Part shown: positions 24,801 to 37,800 of the stretch, piece after piece
How positions within the stretch are numbered: position 1 is the stretch's first letter
Layout of the letters: each line of letters begins with the position of its first letter
Assembly: GCF_030144855.1 (NCBI RefSeq)
Contig: NC_082719.1
Span: 33,976,001 to 34,040,000, forward strand
Direction: 5' to 3'
Length of the DNA stretch: 64,000 nt
Source: Hypanus sabinus
Taxonomy: Eukaryota
Notes under the pieces: generated by a model
Seen by the model: the letters and a program-made list of their open reading frames with translations, nothing else
Told to the model about the DNA's origin: nothing
Databases searched by the model: none
Made by a program: the position numbers and the translations under genes

Positions 24801-27423
24801 CCAGGAGTGAAAATGAAACAATTTCACTACTTCAGTCAGTTAGACACTCTGAAGAATGTGAAGGTATCGATGATCATCTTGAATGTTACACTGAAAATGA
24901 AGATTAAAGGATGTAATTGTCAAAAGCATTATATGAAGGCAGTCCATTATCTGCACTAGGTGTCAGTGCTGACCTTGTTCACTTACACAGCATACTCGAG
25001 ATGAATTCCTCCTTTGCTAACTATTAGGAACTGAGTTTCATAGTACTGTAGTAGCATCAGTGGTGTTTCAATTTGTCCTGCATTTTATTTAATTATACAA
25101 GTTCTTTCTCAGTTAAATGGTAGCTTGACTTTTTTTCATATATTTCCATGAAACTTCAGCTAATTGGGACAGCCACCTCGTTGGGCCAAAGTATACCTGT
25201 CCCAATTAACTGGAATCCACTGTATTCCCATGACCCAGCCTGATTAACTCCACCATGGATGATCCCAAGTCCAGCTGCAGAAGGAGATGGGGCTAGCAAC
25301 CCCATCCCGTAATAACCCAGAGCTACAGAATTGCCAACAGAAACTCCAAAGGCCTCATCCCTGAGAAAGGACGCATCTTTGCCGAGAAGATGCATGGCGA
25401 AACCACAAGCCCATGGAAGCCAGGAAGATGGAGATGATTAGGACGCAGTCTGTGCAAGCCAAGCACTAAAGAGGACTCCCCAGGGAAAGTGGAAGAGAGA
25501 CTGGCCAAAGGATACCTGGTGATGCGACCCTGAAGCTGAAATCAAGAAGATGGACTACACCTGGGGACAACTTGAAGACTACAGAAGACTGGTGAGCTGC
25601 TGTTGGTAGACTATGCCCCAATAAGGGGTGAAGGGCTTAATTAACTAATCCACTTGGGCTTTTGTGTTCAAGTACACTGAGTACCAACTACATTTTCTCC
25701 TATTACTTCAGAGAACATCACCACTGAACATACTATAATCTGTATTCTACCATTTCGGGTTTTAATCTGGTAAATTTCTACAGTTCAGCTTTATCACCCT
25801 TCTACACGCTTTGCAAAAAAAGCCATTGCATTGAAAAATCAGTTGATACAGAAGTAAATCTAGATTATGAGTATTCAGTATCGTTGTGTACAGAACCTTG
25901 AATCCAAAGCTATTCGAGTTGCTTTTCAAGTTAAAGCCTCCAGAGGCAGTTTATTTTGAGTCTCATTTCAAATAATAGCAGCAGGACTATAATAATAGCA
26001 GATTTTCTCAATGATTCATTCATTAGGCAATCTAAGAATAATGTGCAGCCAGACAGCACTGTGGCACAGCGACTGCCTCACGACTCCAGTAACCCTGGTT
26101 CATTCGAACTTCTGGTGCAATATGGTGTTCTCACTCTTTTCCTGACAACATTGTTGTGGTTTAGGTGCTCTGATGTTTCCTGCTCCTCATCCACCTTCAC
26201 TTCTCCCTCCCCACTCTCAATTCAAGAACACAAGGGACTGAGGTTCCTTGCCTAAAACGAGGCCAATTTATAGTGGCCAAAGGGCACAATCTGGAAAGGA
26301 GGTGATGGAAATGTGGGGAGAATAAGAGTTCAGCATAAAGTTGTTGGGTAGTGAGTACTGAAGACTGAAAGGTCCACCTGCATTCATATTACTTACCACA
26401 GGCAGCGTAATCTGATGTTCTGCAAGCCTCATTTTCCATGCATTTGTGAGAGAAGTAAAAGACTGTAATATAGAACATTTACAAAGTTACTATACATCGC
26501 CAACCAACATTAACACATCTGCACTTATTAAACAAAACTCGAGTCAGTTTAATTATATTTGGCCCAATGATAGAAACTCAAAGTGAGATATTCATCATGT
26601 TTCATTTACACTCATTTCGACAGAGTTCGTTTCCTAGATAAGATGCTCCTGCATCTATCTATCCCTTCACCAGAAGGTGGCTGGTTATATTACAGGAGAC
26701 ATTTGGCTAGATCATATCACTAAATTAGTCCAATTCAATGCTCACTCTATTGAACTGAAAGCAAGCGCAAACCTTCCATTCAGCTGAGTAGCATGTCAAG
26801 CGCGCAGTTTTCGAGAGACCCAACACCCGCAAATTTGCATCAAGATCCCAAAGTTACATCAAAAGCACAAGAACAAAGAGCCGCAAATCAAAATTGACAT
26901 ATACTTCAATAGTCTTTAGGAAGCGTTAGCATGGAAAGAATCTAACACGTCGAGAGGGATGCAGCCCCCTTATCAGAACTATTACGAAAGGCATAGTTTG
27001 AAAGAAGTTTAGCACAAACACGGGATTCTACAGAAGCTGCCAATCTTGAGCAACACACAAAATGCCACAGCAACTCAGCAAGTAAGGCACGTTTGACTGG
27101 CTGAGTTCCTCCAGAATTCTGTGCGTGTTTGAAAGAAGCTTAACGTTTCATTTACAGACACAAACCGCCTATGGAATAATCAACTTCCTGAGAATTAAAA
27201 CAATCACTGTCAGGCAAGAGAGATTAATTTAGAAATTCAAATCAAACTAGTTGCCGACAATTAAAATGCAAAACCTCTCACCTAATATAAAAGCAGTCAG
27301 TGCTGCAGCTATTAAGACAAACAGCGTGGTTGTTGTTATTGCTAGTATCTTTAAAAGTCTGTCCGTCGGTATCCGAGTCTTCACTTCTTCGGTCTTGGCC
27401 GATTCTACATTCACGTTGCTCAT
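21837..27423 (-). CDS. Same protease gene, copy C, complete; exons 27423-27282, 26462-26397, 24282-24114, 23809-23550, 23218-23085, 22001-21837
   Basis: Coding exons read identical to copy B by eye, with the same splice dinucleotides and stop codon. Confidence 0.93.
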
Positions 27424-27470
27424 TTTGACCACTGGAGCGCAGGTCCTCTGCTTACTCTCGGATAGCAACC

Positions 27471-28121
27471 ACCTGGGAGGAATGAAGACGACGCGCCAAC
27501 CGGCCGCAACTTATCCAGATGGGCGCGTGACGTCATCTGCCCCCAGGTAGGAGCCGATGCGTAATTTTCCGTGTCCCGATGCGGTCATCTGCCGTTAACC
27601 GACTTTCATTGGCGAGCTCGCGAAACAAGTACAAGCAGGTCCGACAAGTGGGATGAATTTGTTGGTACGTGCGGGAAGTTGACGAGCGCGCTGTTTCGTT
27701 AATGAGTTAAACGGCCTGACCAAAGTGTGAAAAAAGGGCTTCTTTTCCCCCGCTCTTTCAGCTGTCTGAACTCCAGGAGGAAATAGAATCCTTTCTTTTG
27801 CATTTGTTAATGATCGTGGGAGGTTGAAAACTGGAGGAACAATGATGAGTTGAGGAAGAACTTCTGAGTGGGTGGGGTAGGTGACAGAGATGGAATTTGC
27901 GGCCCTGCTTCGGTCCGGGTCGACCGTGCATATCGTTGGGTGTGGTACGATATGGAGAGCAATTTATTGCCCTTCCCCTCTCCACGCAGCTGATGAATCC
28001 AACGGAACTGCAGGGACCGATACGGCGCAGGAGTTCGGGTATATCGCAATACTCACGTGCTGAACCCCGCAGTCTGCATGAAGACATCAGTCACAGTTCG
28101 ACTTCCCTCGAACGAACTGGC
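27471..28121 (-). promoter_or_regulatory. CpG-rich promoter of copy C (CRE 27528-27535)
   Basis: Copy of the unit A promoter. Confidence 0.7.
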
Positions 28122-31100
28122 TAACACAGGACTATTGGTACTTACTCCTTGGAGCCATTCATTTGGACAAAAACTTGCACAATGGCGTCTCTCCTTCAAA
28201 TGGCATTGGGCGATTATCTTCCCTTCTGCCCCACTTCACAGCTCCTGCTAAAAGACACAAACCAGATTACTGTCCTTCAGAAATCTCATCCCACCCAGCT
28301 CTCTACTGGGCAGAAAGTTACCACACGTACCCAGACAGATCTGATTGGTTGGCACAACGTTCTTAAGTTGGGCAACATGGCTTCTTATCTTTAGTGGAAG
28401 CCAAAACATTCATTCTAACAGAACACAGAAAACTGCTAAAATAAAAATTCCTCACAGCAAAGTAGTAGAAATTGCACGGCAAATGAAATTAGTTTAAAAG
28501 GTAATTATTATTACAGGAAACACAACAAAGGCCAGAAACTGTAATGTGACTGTGACCAAGTAATCTGTTTAGCGAGGTTGGATCTTTGACTGTTAGACTC
28601 TCCTTCCTCCCTTTCATCCTGAACTCAGTGCCCACCAGGGCTGTGTGCTCTGCTCGCACATGATTGCACCGTCAAGCACCTAAGTAATCACATTGTAAAG
28701 TTCACTGATGAGGAAAAAAGTCAGGTTTAATATCACTGGCATGCCTCATGAAATGACAGGACACCAACAATGATGAGATGGCCTACTCATCAATATGCAT
28801 TATGAAGGACCCCACACACCCCTCATACAAACTCCTCTCCCTCCTGCCATCTAGGAAAAGGCACCGGAGCATTTGGGCTCTCACGACCAGAATATGTAAC
28901 AGTTTCTTCCCCCAAGCTATCAGATTCCTCAATACCCGAAGCCTGGATTGGCACCAACTTAGTGCCCTCTACTGTGCCTATTGTCTTGTTTATAACTTAT
29001 TGTAATGCCTGCACTGTTTTGTGCTCTTTATGCAGTCCTGGGTAAGTCTGTAGTCTAGTGCAGTTTTTTGTTCTGTGTTTTTTTACGTAGTTCAGTCTAG
29101 TTTTTGTACTGTTTCATGTGGCACCATGGTCCTGAAAAACGTTGTCTTGTTTTTACGGAGTACTGTGTCAGCAGTTATGGTCAAAATGACAATAAAAAGT
29201 GTCTTGACTTGACTTGAAAAGAGGTAGAGGAGTCCAAGGCTAAGTGCCACGCAGATAACCTCTTCGTCAACGTTAGCATTGACCAAGGTGATGGTTTTCG
29301 CCTTCGTGAGAACTCACAAAACTCACATCCCTCTTTACATCGGTGGCACAGCAGTGGAAACTGTAAGCCGTTTCAAGCTCTTGGGAGTGCACATCACACA
29401 CAACCTCTCATGGTCCCAGAACACATCCCAGACAATCAAGAAAGCTCGTCAATGCCTCTGTTTTCTGAGGAGGCTGGACTGAGCTACTGCACATCAATAC
29501 TCACAATCTTCTACAGAGTATCCTAACTGGATGCTTCACTACATGGTGGCAGATAGGAAGGCTCTACAACAGGTGGTTAAACCTGCCCATCGCGTCACCA
29601 GCGCAAGCCTACCCACCATCAAAGACATAGAGAACAGAAAGGTGTGGGAAACAATCCACCGATATCATGAATGATCCCACGCACTCTACTCATGGACTCC
29701 CATCAGGGAAAGGCTACGTAGCATTCACACCAGGACCACTAGACTCAAAAACATTTGCTTTCCCCAAGCAGTAAACCTCCACCCACTAAACCTCATTCCA
29801 CATGCCCCACCACCACTCCTTTATCATTTCCTCTTAGAATCATCGTATGTCCAGGCACTCCTGCCCCAACTGTCACTTTATGTGCATGCTATCTGTTTTT
29901 TATGAGTTAGTTTGTGTATTTACATTTATTGTGGTTTTATAGTGTTCTTTAACTTAGTGTGTGTTTTTTTTCTGTGCTGCATTAGATCTGGAGTAATAAT
30001 TATTTTGTTTTCCTTTACACTAGTGTACTGGAAATGACACTAAACATCTTGAAGCTTGATGAGTCAGAATAAAGAACAAACAGGCTGTTCCTTTCTTTAT
30101 TTTATTCAGTAATAATTAGCTAGTACCTCTTCCAGAAGGCAGCACCCCTGGAGCATTTCATAGAAATGTTGACCGACTTTTTATTTTTCAGTCTCTTGTC
30201 AGGGCTTCGGACTTAATTGTGACTGAGGTCATGTCTCACGGTTAGGACTTGATCGAGGGAACAATGTTAAGGAACAGGCAAAATGGCTTGAATGGTATGC
30301 TGGAAATAAGTGTAAGTAGGACATTTATCACCTAAGGCAAAATAGTCTTTGATTTATTTTCCAGGATGTATTGTTAAAGTTGACACACAAAACTGGAATC
30401 TGGAACGAAAAAGATAACTGCAAGAAGAACTCAACAGTTCAGGCAGCATCTGTAAAGATAAAGATAGTTGACACGTAAGGTTGAGATATTGCATCAAGCA
30501 GAACCTTCTACCTGCAGGATTTTATTTTGTATTTAAGTTATGCAGATGTTTTTACTAATTTTAGCTTTGTTTGCTCATTCCAAATTGCCACAGAGGTGGC
30601 AATAACGAGTAGGAAGATTTACCAAGGAGAAATGGCAACGTACTCAGAAATCCGAATGTTGTACAGTTTGAACTTGAAGTTGCAGATAAAGGAGTTGTAA
30701 TAGGGATGTATTCTTGTCCTTCTAAGAGGTAGAGGGTTGGGGTTTGGGAGATACTGTTTATGAACCCTGTTCATTCTGTTTATGAACTCATTTTGCCTGT
30801 TCCTTAACATTGTTCCCTAGATCAAGTCCTAACCGTGAGTCATGACCTCAGCCACAATTCAGTCCGAAGCCCTGACAAGAGACTGAAAAATAAAAACGTC
30901 GGTCAACATTTCTGTGAAATGTTCCGGGGTGCTGCCTTCTGGAAGAAGTATTAGCTAATTATTACTGAATATACAGTATAAACAAGGTTCTGTTAACCCT
31001 GTTTATGAAGTTAATGGATTGTAGTTTGTCGATGGCAAACTCAGCCATAATGCATGATGGTAGAGAGTCTGAATGTTTATCCTGGTAACTGGGGTGTCCA

Positions 31101-31198
31101 TCAACTGTCAGTTTTTAACCTACCCCTGACCTGAACTATTCATGTTTCCGACACCATATCAGGGTTAAGTTTCTAGTTAATCATTATTTCACTTCTAG

Positions 31199-31434
31199 AC
31201 TGTATGCGCATGTGGACAAGATATGCTAAAGCATATAATCAGGTTTGTTAACCCAGCTGGTCCATTTTGTGGATTACTTTCCACAAGAAGATTTGATGTT
31301 TCTGAGTCACTGAGTACCAAAGTGAATGACAACTTTGGTGAAGTTCCTTCATGGAAAGGGAGAGTTAATGATATATGGCCCGATATCAATGGGCTATTCT
31401 TTAATGGAGTATTGATTTGGGAGCACGGTCATTG
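31199..31434 (+). other. Candidate plus-strand exon of unknown identity (copies at 5519-5739 and 18374-18609)
   Basis: tttcacttctag acceptor, TG|gtgagt donor, non-repetitive sequence, one fully open frame (TVCACGQDMLKHIIRFVNP...GVLIWEHGH). Confidence 0.3.
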
Positions 31435-31647
31435 GTGAGTATAGATTATTGATTAATGCAGTTACTGCTGGGCTGGCTAGAACAGTTGGAGCTGTACGTG
31501 GACAGCTATGTGATTTCCACATCCTGAACATTATGGTAGATAGTAGGTTTAGTGTGCTGGTCACTCCACAAATACAGGAAGAGTGGAGATGGATGACCAC
31601 TCGGAAGAACAGTCAGGCCCTGCATATTGTACAGAAATCCCTTAGAC

Positions 31648-32190
31648 CATAAGACATAGGAGCAGTATGAAGCCATTCAGCCTATTGAGTCTACTCCATT
31701 ATTCAATCACGGCTGGTTTATTATCCCTCTCAACCCCATTCTCCTCCCTTCTCCCCATAATCTTGGATATCCTTGCTAATCAAGAACCCAATCACCCTCC
31801 TCTTTAAGTATACCCAACAACTTGGTCGAAACATCTGTCTGTAGCAATGAATTCCAGAGATTCACCATCCTTTGGCTAAAGAAATTCCTCCTCATCTCTG
31901 TTCTAAGGGGACATTCTTGTATTCTGAGGCTGTGCCTTCCTGGTCTGTGAGTCCACCACTATTGGAAACATCCTTTTCATGTCCACTCTATATTCTTTTA
32001 AACTTCAGCAAGTACAGGCCTGGATCTATCAAACATTCCAAATACTTTAACCCTTTCATTCCTGGGATCATTCTTGTTATCCTCCTCTGGACCCTCTCCA
32101 ATGCCACCTTTCTTAAAAAAGGAGCCCAGACTAGCCCTATGTACTCAAGTGCAGTTTGCCCAATGCCTTGTAAAGCCTCAGGATTACACC
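31648..32190 (-). mobile_element. CR1 LINE 3' fragment, uninterrupted (empty-site) version
   Basis: Continuous antisense CR1 sequence across 31827. Confidence 0.8.
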
Positions 32191-32289
32191 CTGGTGGTCA
32201 TTCCCTTCACTAACAACTATACCAGATTGGGTAGCTTGGTTAAGAGTCCTGGGGAGAACAGTAGAGACACCCCATTTCATGTCCAGAAA

Positions 32290-34865
32290 GGATGGATGGG
32301 AGCACAGCATAGGGATGGGGAATGCTATTGTGAGAGCGTCAGGTATGTATTTTTGTAGCCGCAAAAGGCATTGCAGATCAGCATGTTGTCTCACTGGTGC
32401 CAGGGTCTAGGATGTCATGCAGCAGTTGTGGACATTCTGAAAAGGGAAGGTGAACAGCCAGAATCCAAAGTAGTACTGAGATAGGCAGGAGAAGGAATGA
32501 ATTCCTGCAGCCCGAGTTTAGGGAGCTAGGTGGCTCTTTAAAAAGCAGGACCTCAAAGCTTGCAATCTATGGATTGCTGCAGGTGTCACAGAGTTAATGA
32601 GCGTAGTAATAGACGTGTAGGTCAGAAGAATGTGTGGCTGAAGAGATAATGCAGGTGATGGGCTTTTGGTTCCTGGGTCTTTGGGACTATTTCTGAGGAA
32701 AGCAGGACCTGTCCAAGTGGGGCAGATTGGAACTAACATTCTGGATGGAAGGTTTGCCAGAGCTGTTGTGGATGGTTTAAACTGACTTGTCAGTGAAGGG
32801 GGCTGAGAGCAGTTCTTCAGATGGAGAGCTACATGCTTCCTGAAGAGAAAATGTTAATGTCTTGTGGCAGGACAAGAAAGTAAGTATATATCAAGGGTAT
32901 TATAAATTAAACTGCATTTATCCCTGGAGTAGATGAACTCTAAGTTTTAATTAACGTGGAGACAACAATGTTCTTGCCATCACTGAGAAGTGACTGAAGG
33001 ATGGAGAGGACTAGCAACTCAGTACTTCAAGGTGTATACTTTTCAGACTAGACAGTTGGGAGAAAAAAGATGAGGGTGTATTGCACTTTTAGCCAGAGAT
33101 TGCATTACTTTAGTATTGAGGGAGAAGGCTCCTCAAATGAGGCACTGAGTAAAGATTAGAGACAAAAAGGATATTGTAACTTTGCTGGAGGTATATAACA
33201 GATGATAGAGGACTGGATACGCAGGCAGACATCAGTGAGATGCAATAAAAATAGGTTTATTGTATAGTACTGGGAAATTTCTGTTTCTGAAATATTAACT
33301 GTAATTGCCTTAGTGCTAGGGTTCAAAGGATGCAGAATTTTTTGAAGTGTGTCCAGGAGAGATTTTGATGCAGTATTGAGATAGGCCAATAAGGGAAGAG
33401 CATTCCTGGACCTTATCTTGGGGAATACCATTGGTCTAATTGAGGGAGAGTTTGTAGGAGAGCACTTTGAAGATGGATACTATAACTCTGTATATTTTAA
33501 AGTATATTGTATATACTTTATATACTGTATATTTTAAGCGTAGGTGTAGGTATATTGGTGAGGCCTGACGCAGACTGGGAGACCGTTTCGCTGAACAGCT
33601 ATGCTCTGCTCGCCAGAGACAGCAGGATCTCCCAGTGGCCACACATTTTAATTCCACATCCCATTCCCATTCTGATATGTCTATCCATGGCCTCCTCGAC
33701 TGTCAAGATGAAGCCACACTCAGGTTGGAGGAACAACACCTTATATACCAGCTGGGTAGCCTCCAACCTGAAGGCATGAACATTGACTTCTCTAACTTCC
33801 ATTAATGCCCCTCCTCCCCTTCTTACCCCATCCCTGATATATTTAGTTTTTTTTCCCTCCTTTTTTTTTCTTTCTTTCTCTGCCCATCACTCTGCCTGTT
33901 CTCCATCTCCCTCTGGTGCGCCCCTCCCCCTTTCTTTCTCCCTAGGCCTCCCGTCCCATGATCATTTCCCTTCTCTAGCTTTGTATCCCTTTTGCCAATC
34001 ACCTTTCTCTCTCTCAGCTTCACCCCACCCCCTCCGATCTTCTATCATTTTGCATTTACCCCTCCCCCTCCTACTTTCAAATCTCTTACTATCTTTCCTT
34101 TCAGTTAGTCCTGATGAAGGATCTCGGCTCAAAACGTCGACAGCGCTTCTCCCTATAGATGCTGCCCGGCCTGCTGCGTTCCACCGGTATTTTGTGTGTA
34201 TTGCTTGAAATTCCAGCATCTGCAGATTTCCTCGTGTGTGCGATTTAAAAAAGAAATTAGGATGACAAAGAGGATCTCAAGTAATCACGGCAGAATGGAT
34301 TAAGGTGAATCTGAAGGCAATTCATAAGTAAATGAAAGGAGGAAGAATAGCAAGGAAAAAAGTAAGGTATTCTGGGACCAGGGACAATAGGTATTCTGTG
34401 AACGGAAACAGAAGACATAGGTGAGATCCTAGCTGAATATTTTCCATCACAAAGGGAAAAGGCTTTGTAGTTGGAGAATTAAGTGAAGGGGTAGGTGGAA
34501 ACCTAGTGAAGGTCTCCATAAATAAAGAGGAGGTACTTGATGCTTTAGCTGGCTTAAAGATGGATAAATCTCTAAAGGTGAACAAAATATGTCCCAGGAT
34601 GCAGAGAGAGAAGAGATTGCTCATGATGTGGATGTGATGTCTCATTCTTTACTGGATGTGTGGGAGGTACCAGGTGACTGGAGGGCAGCAAATGTGGTCT
34701 CTGTTTTCATAAAAATCTGGTAACTATAGACTAGTGAATCTAACGTCAACACTAGGAAAGATATTGGAAAAAATTGAGGCAAAAGGTTACTAACTGCTAA
34801 GGTCTAAGCCTTCATGACTGTCAAGGTCAGATCTTGTATGACTAATTTGATTGAGTACTTTGTAA
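32290..34865 (+). mobile_element. Old decayed CR1 (ORF1 esterase to RT); resumes at ~39095-39250
   Basis: Degenerate esterase, endonuclease and RT similarity, interrupted by younger elements. Confidence 0.7.
33551..34240 (+). mobile_element. Penelope-like element 3' part: GIY-YIG endonuclease remnant plus pseudo-LTR with a mutated hammerhead
   Basis: YIGEA*RRLGDRFAEQL...PVATHFN...RLEEQHLIYQLGSLQPEGMNIDF. CTGATGA at 34111-34117 followed by AAAA rather than GAAA. Confidence 0.85.
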
Positions 34866-34875
34866 TTTAAAGTAG

Positions 34876-37800
34876 TTACAAGCGAAGCAAGAGGCTGAGA
34901 GTGAGAGACTGAAGCATCGCTGAGGGAAGGTCCTTTTTCTTTAACTGATCGGGGAAAAGAGGCACTACTGCGCAGGTGCGTAATGTAGCGCACCAAGGTT
35001 TAAAAGGGAGACTGCCATATACAGCGGCCATCGTTGGAGTGGACTGAGTCGGAGTGGAACGGCTTTGGCTCAATCAGGCTTCGGCGAGAAACAGGCAGAG
35101 CCGAGGGTACGTTCCAGTAAGTTTCTGTTTTTTCTTTTTTTTGGTTCAGTCCAGAGAATATGCCAGGCAGGATGTTGGAATGCTCCTCTTGCAGGATGTG
35201 GGAAGTCAGGGAGACTGGAGGTCTCCCTGACAACGACACCTGCAAGAAGTGCATCCTGCTGCAGCTCCTAACAGACCGCGTTAGGGAACTGGAGCAGGAG
35301 CTGGATGACCTCCTGATCATTCGGGAGAATGAGGTTTATAGATAATAGCTTCCAGGAGGTAGTTACACCTAAGGAACAGGGCACAGGTAATTGGGTTACC
35401 GTCAGGCGAGGGAAGGGGAAAGGGCAGGTAGTGCAGGGTTCCCCTGTGGCCATTCCCCTCCAGAACAGGTATACTGATTTGGATACTATTGGGGGGTGTG
35501 GAGGGGATGGCTTACCTGGGACAAGATACGGAAACCGTATCTCTGGCACTGAGTCTGGTTCTGCAGTGCAGAAGGGAGGGAGGAAGAAGAGGAGAGCGAT
35601 AGTGATAAGGGACTCCATAGTCAGGGGTACAGACAGGAGATTCTGTGGTTGTGACAGAGACTCCTGGATGGTTTGTTGCCTCCCGGGTGCCAGGGTTTGG
35701 GATGTCTCTGATCACGTGCACGGCATTCTGAAATGGGAGGGTGATCAGCCAGATGTCGTGGTACACATCGGTACCAATGACGTAGGTAGAAAGAGTGAGG
35801 AGGTCCTGAGGAGTGAGTACAGTGAGCTTGGTAGGAAGTTGAAAAACAGGACCTCGAGGGTAGTAATCTCCGATTGCTGCCTGTGCCACGTGCCAGTGAG
35901 GGTAAGAGAAGGATGCTCTGGCAGATGAACACGTCGCTGAGAAACTGGTGTAGGGGGCAGGGTTTCAGATTTCCAGATCATTGGGACCTCTTCTGGGGCA
36001 GGTGGGACCTGTACAAGAGAGATGGGTTACACCTGAACTACAAGGGGGACCAATATACTTGCAGGGAGGTTTGCTAGTGTTATTGGGGAGGGTTTAAACT
36101 AGATTTGCAAGCGGACGGGAACTAGAGTGCCAGAGTAGATAATGGAACGGGGGTAAAAATAAATGATGTTAGTTCATGCAAAGTCACAAATAGTAAGGTT
36201 GTGTGTGGTGGTAATAATCTTCTGAGGTGTGTATATTTCAATGCAAGGGGTATTGTGGGAAAGGCAGATGAACTGAGGGCCTGGATTGACACATGGAATT
36301 ATGACATCATAGCCATTACTGAAACTTGGCTACAGGAGGGGCAGAACTGGGAACTCAATGTTCCAGGTTTCCGATGTTTCAGACGTGATAGACGCAGAGG
36401 GATGGGGGGGGGGTGGCTTTGCTAGTTAGGGAAAATATTACAGCAGTGCTTCGGCAGGAAAGATTAGAGGGCTTGTCTACAGAGGCCATATGGGTGGAGC
36501 TGAGAAACAGGAAAGATATGACCACATTAATAGGGTTGTATTATAGACCACCCAATAGTCAGCGAGAATTGGAGGAGCAAATCTGCAGAGAGATAACAGA
36601 CAACTGCAGGAGACAGAAAGTTGTGATTGTAGGGGATTTTAATTTTCCACACATTGATTGGGACTCCCTTACTGTTAAAGGTCTAGATGGGTTAGAGTTT
36701 GTGAAATGTGTTCAGGAAAGTTTTCTAAATCAATATATAGATGTACCAACTAGGGAGGATGCAATATTAGATCTCCTGTTAGGAAATGAGTTAGGACAGG
36801 TGACGGAAGTGTGTGTAGGGGAACACTTTGGTTCCAGTGATCATAACGTCATTAGTTTCAACTTGATCCTGGATAAAGATAGATCTGGTCCTCGGGTTGA
36901 AATTCTAAACTGGAAAAAGGCCAAATTTGAAGAAATGAGAAAGGATCTAAAAAGCATAGATTGGGACAGGTTGTTCTCTGGCAAGGATGTGATTGGCAAG
37001 TGGGAGGCCTTCAAAGGAGAAATTTTGAGAATGCAGAGTTTGTACGTTCCTGTCAGGGTTAAAGGCAAAACGAATAAGAATAAGGAACCTTGGTTCTCGA
37101 GGGATATTGGAACCCTGATAAAGAAGAAGAGAGAGATGTATAACATGTATAGGCAACAGAGAGGAAATAAGATGCTTGAGGAGTATAAGAAGAGTAAGAA
37201 AATACTTAAGAAAGAAATCAGGAGGGCTAAAAGAAGACATGAGGTTGCTTTGGCAGTCAGGGTGAAGGATAATCCTAAGAGCTTCTACGGGTATGTTAAG
37301 AGCAAAAGGATAGTAAGGGATAAAATTGGTCCTCTTGAAGATCAGAGTGGTCGGCTATGTGTGGAACCAAAAGAAATGAGAGAGATATTAAATGGGTTTT
37401 TTGCATCTGTATTTACTAAGGAAACTGGAATGGAGTCTATGGAAACAAGGCAAACAAATAGGGAGGTCATGGAACTTATACAGATTAAAGAGGAGGAGAT
37501 GCTTGCTGTCTTGAGGCAAATCAGAGTAGATAAATCCCCAGGACCTGACAGGGTATTCCCTCGGACCTTGAGGGAGACTAGTGTTGAAATTGCAGGGGCC
37601 CTGGCAGAAATATTTAAAATGTCGATATTCACGGGTCAGGTGCTGGAAGATTGGAGGATAGCTCATGTTGTCCCGTTGTTTAAAAAAGGCTCGAAAAGTA
37701 AGCCTGGAAATTATCGGCTGGTACGTTTGACATCGGTAGTAGGTAAATTATTGGAAGGAATACTAAGAGATAGGATCTACAAGTATTTGGATAGACAGGG

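Larger units (their letters stand above)
1..31827. repeat. Tandem segmental duplication, ~12.8-kb unit, at least 2.5 copies (A <1-6132, B 6133-19002, C 19003-31827)
   Basis: Position 1 recurs at 12815 and 25682. The ORF track repeats with offsets 12814-12870. Homology stops at 31827. Confidence 0.98.
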
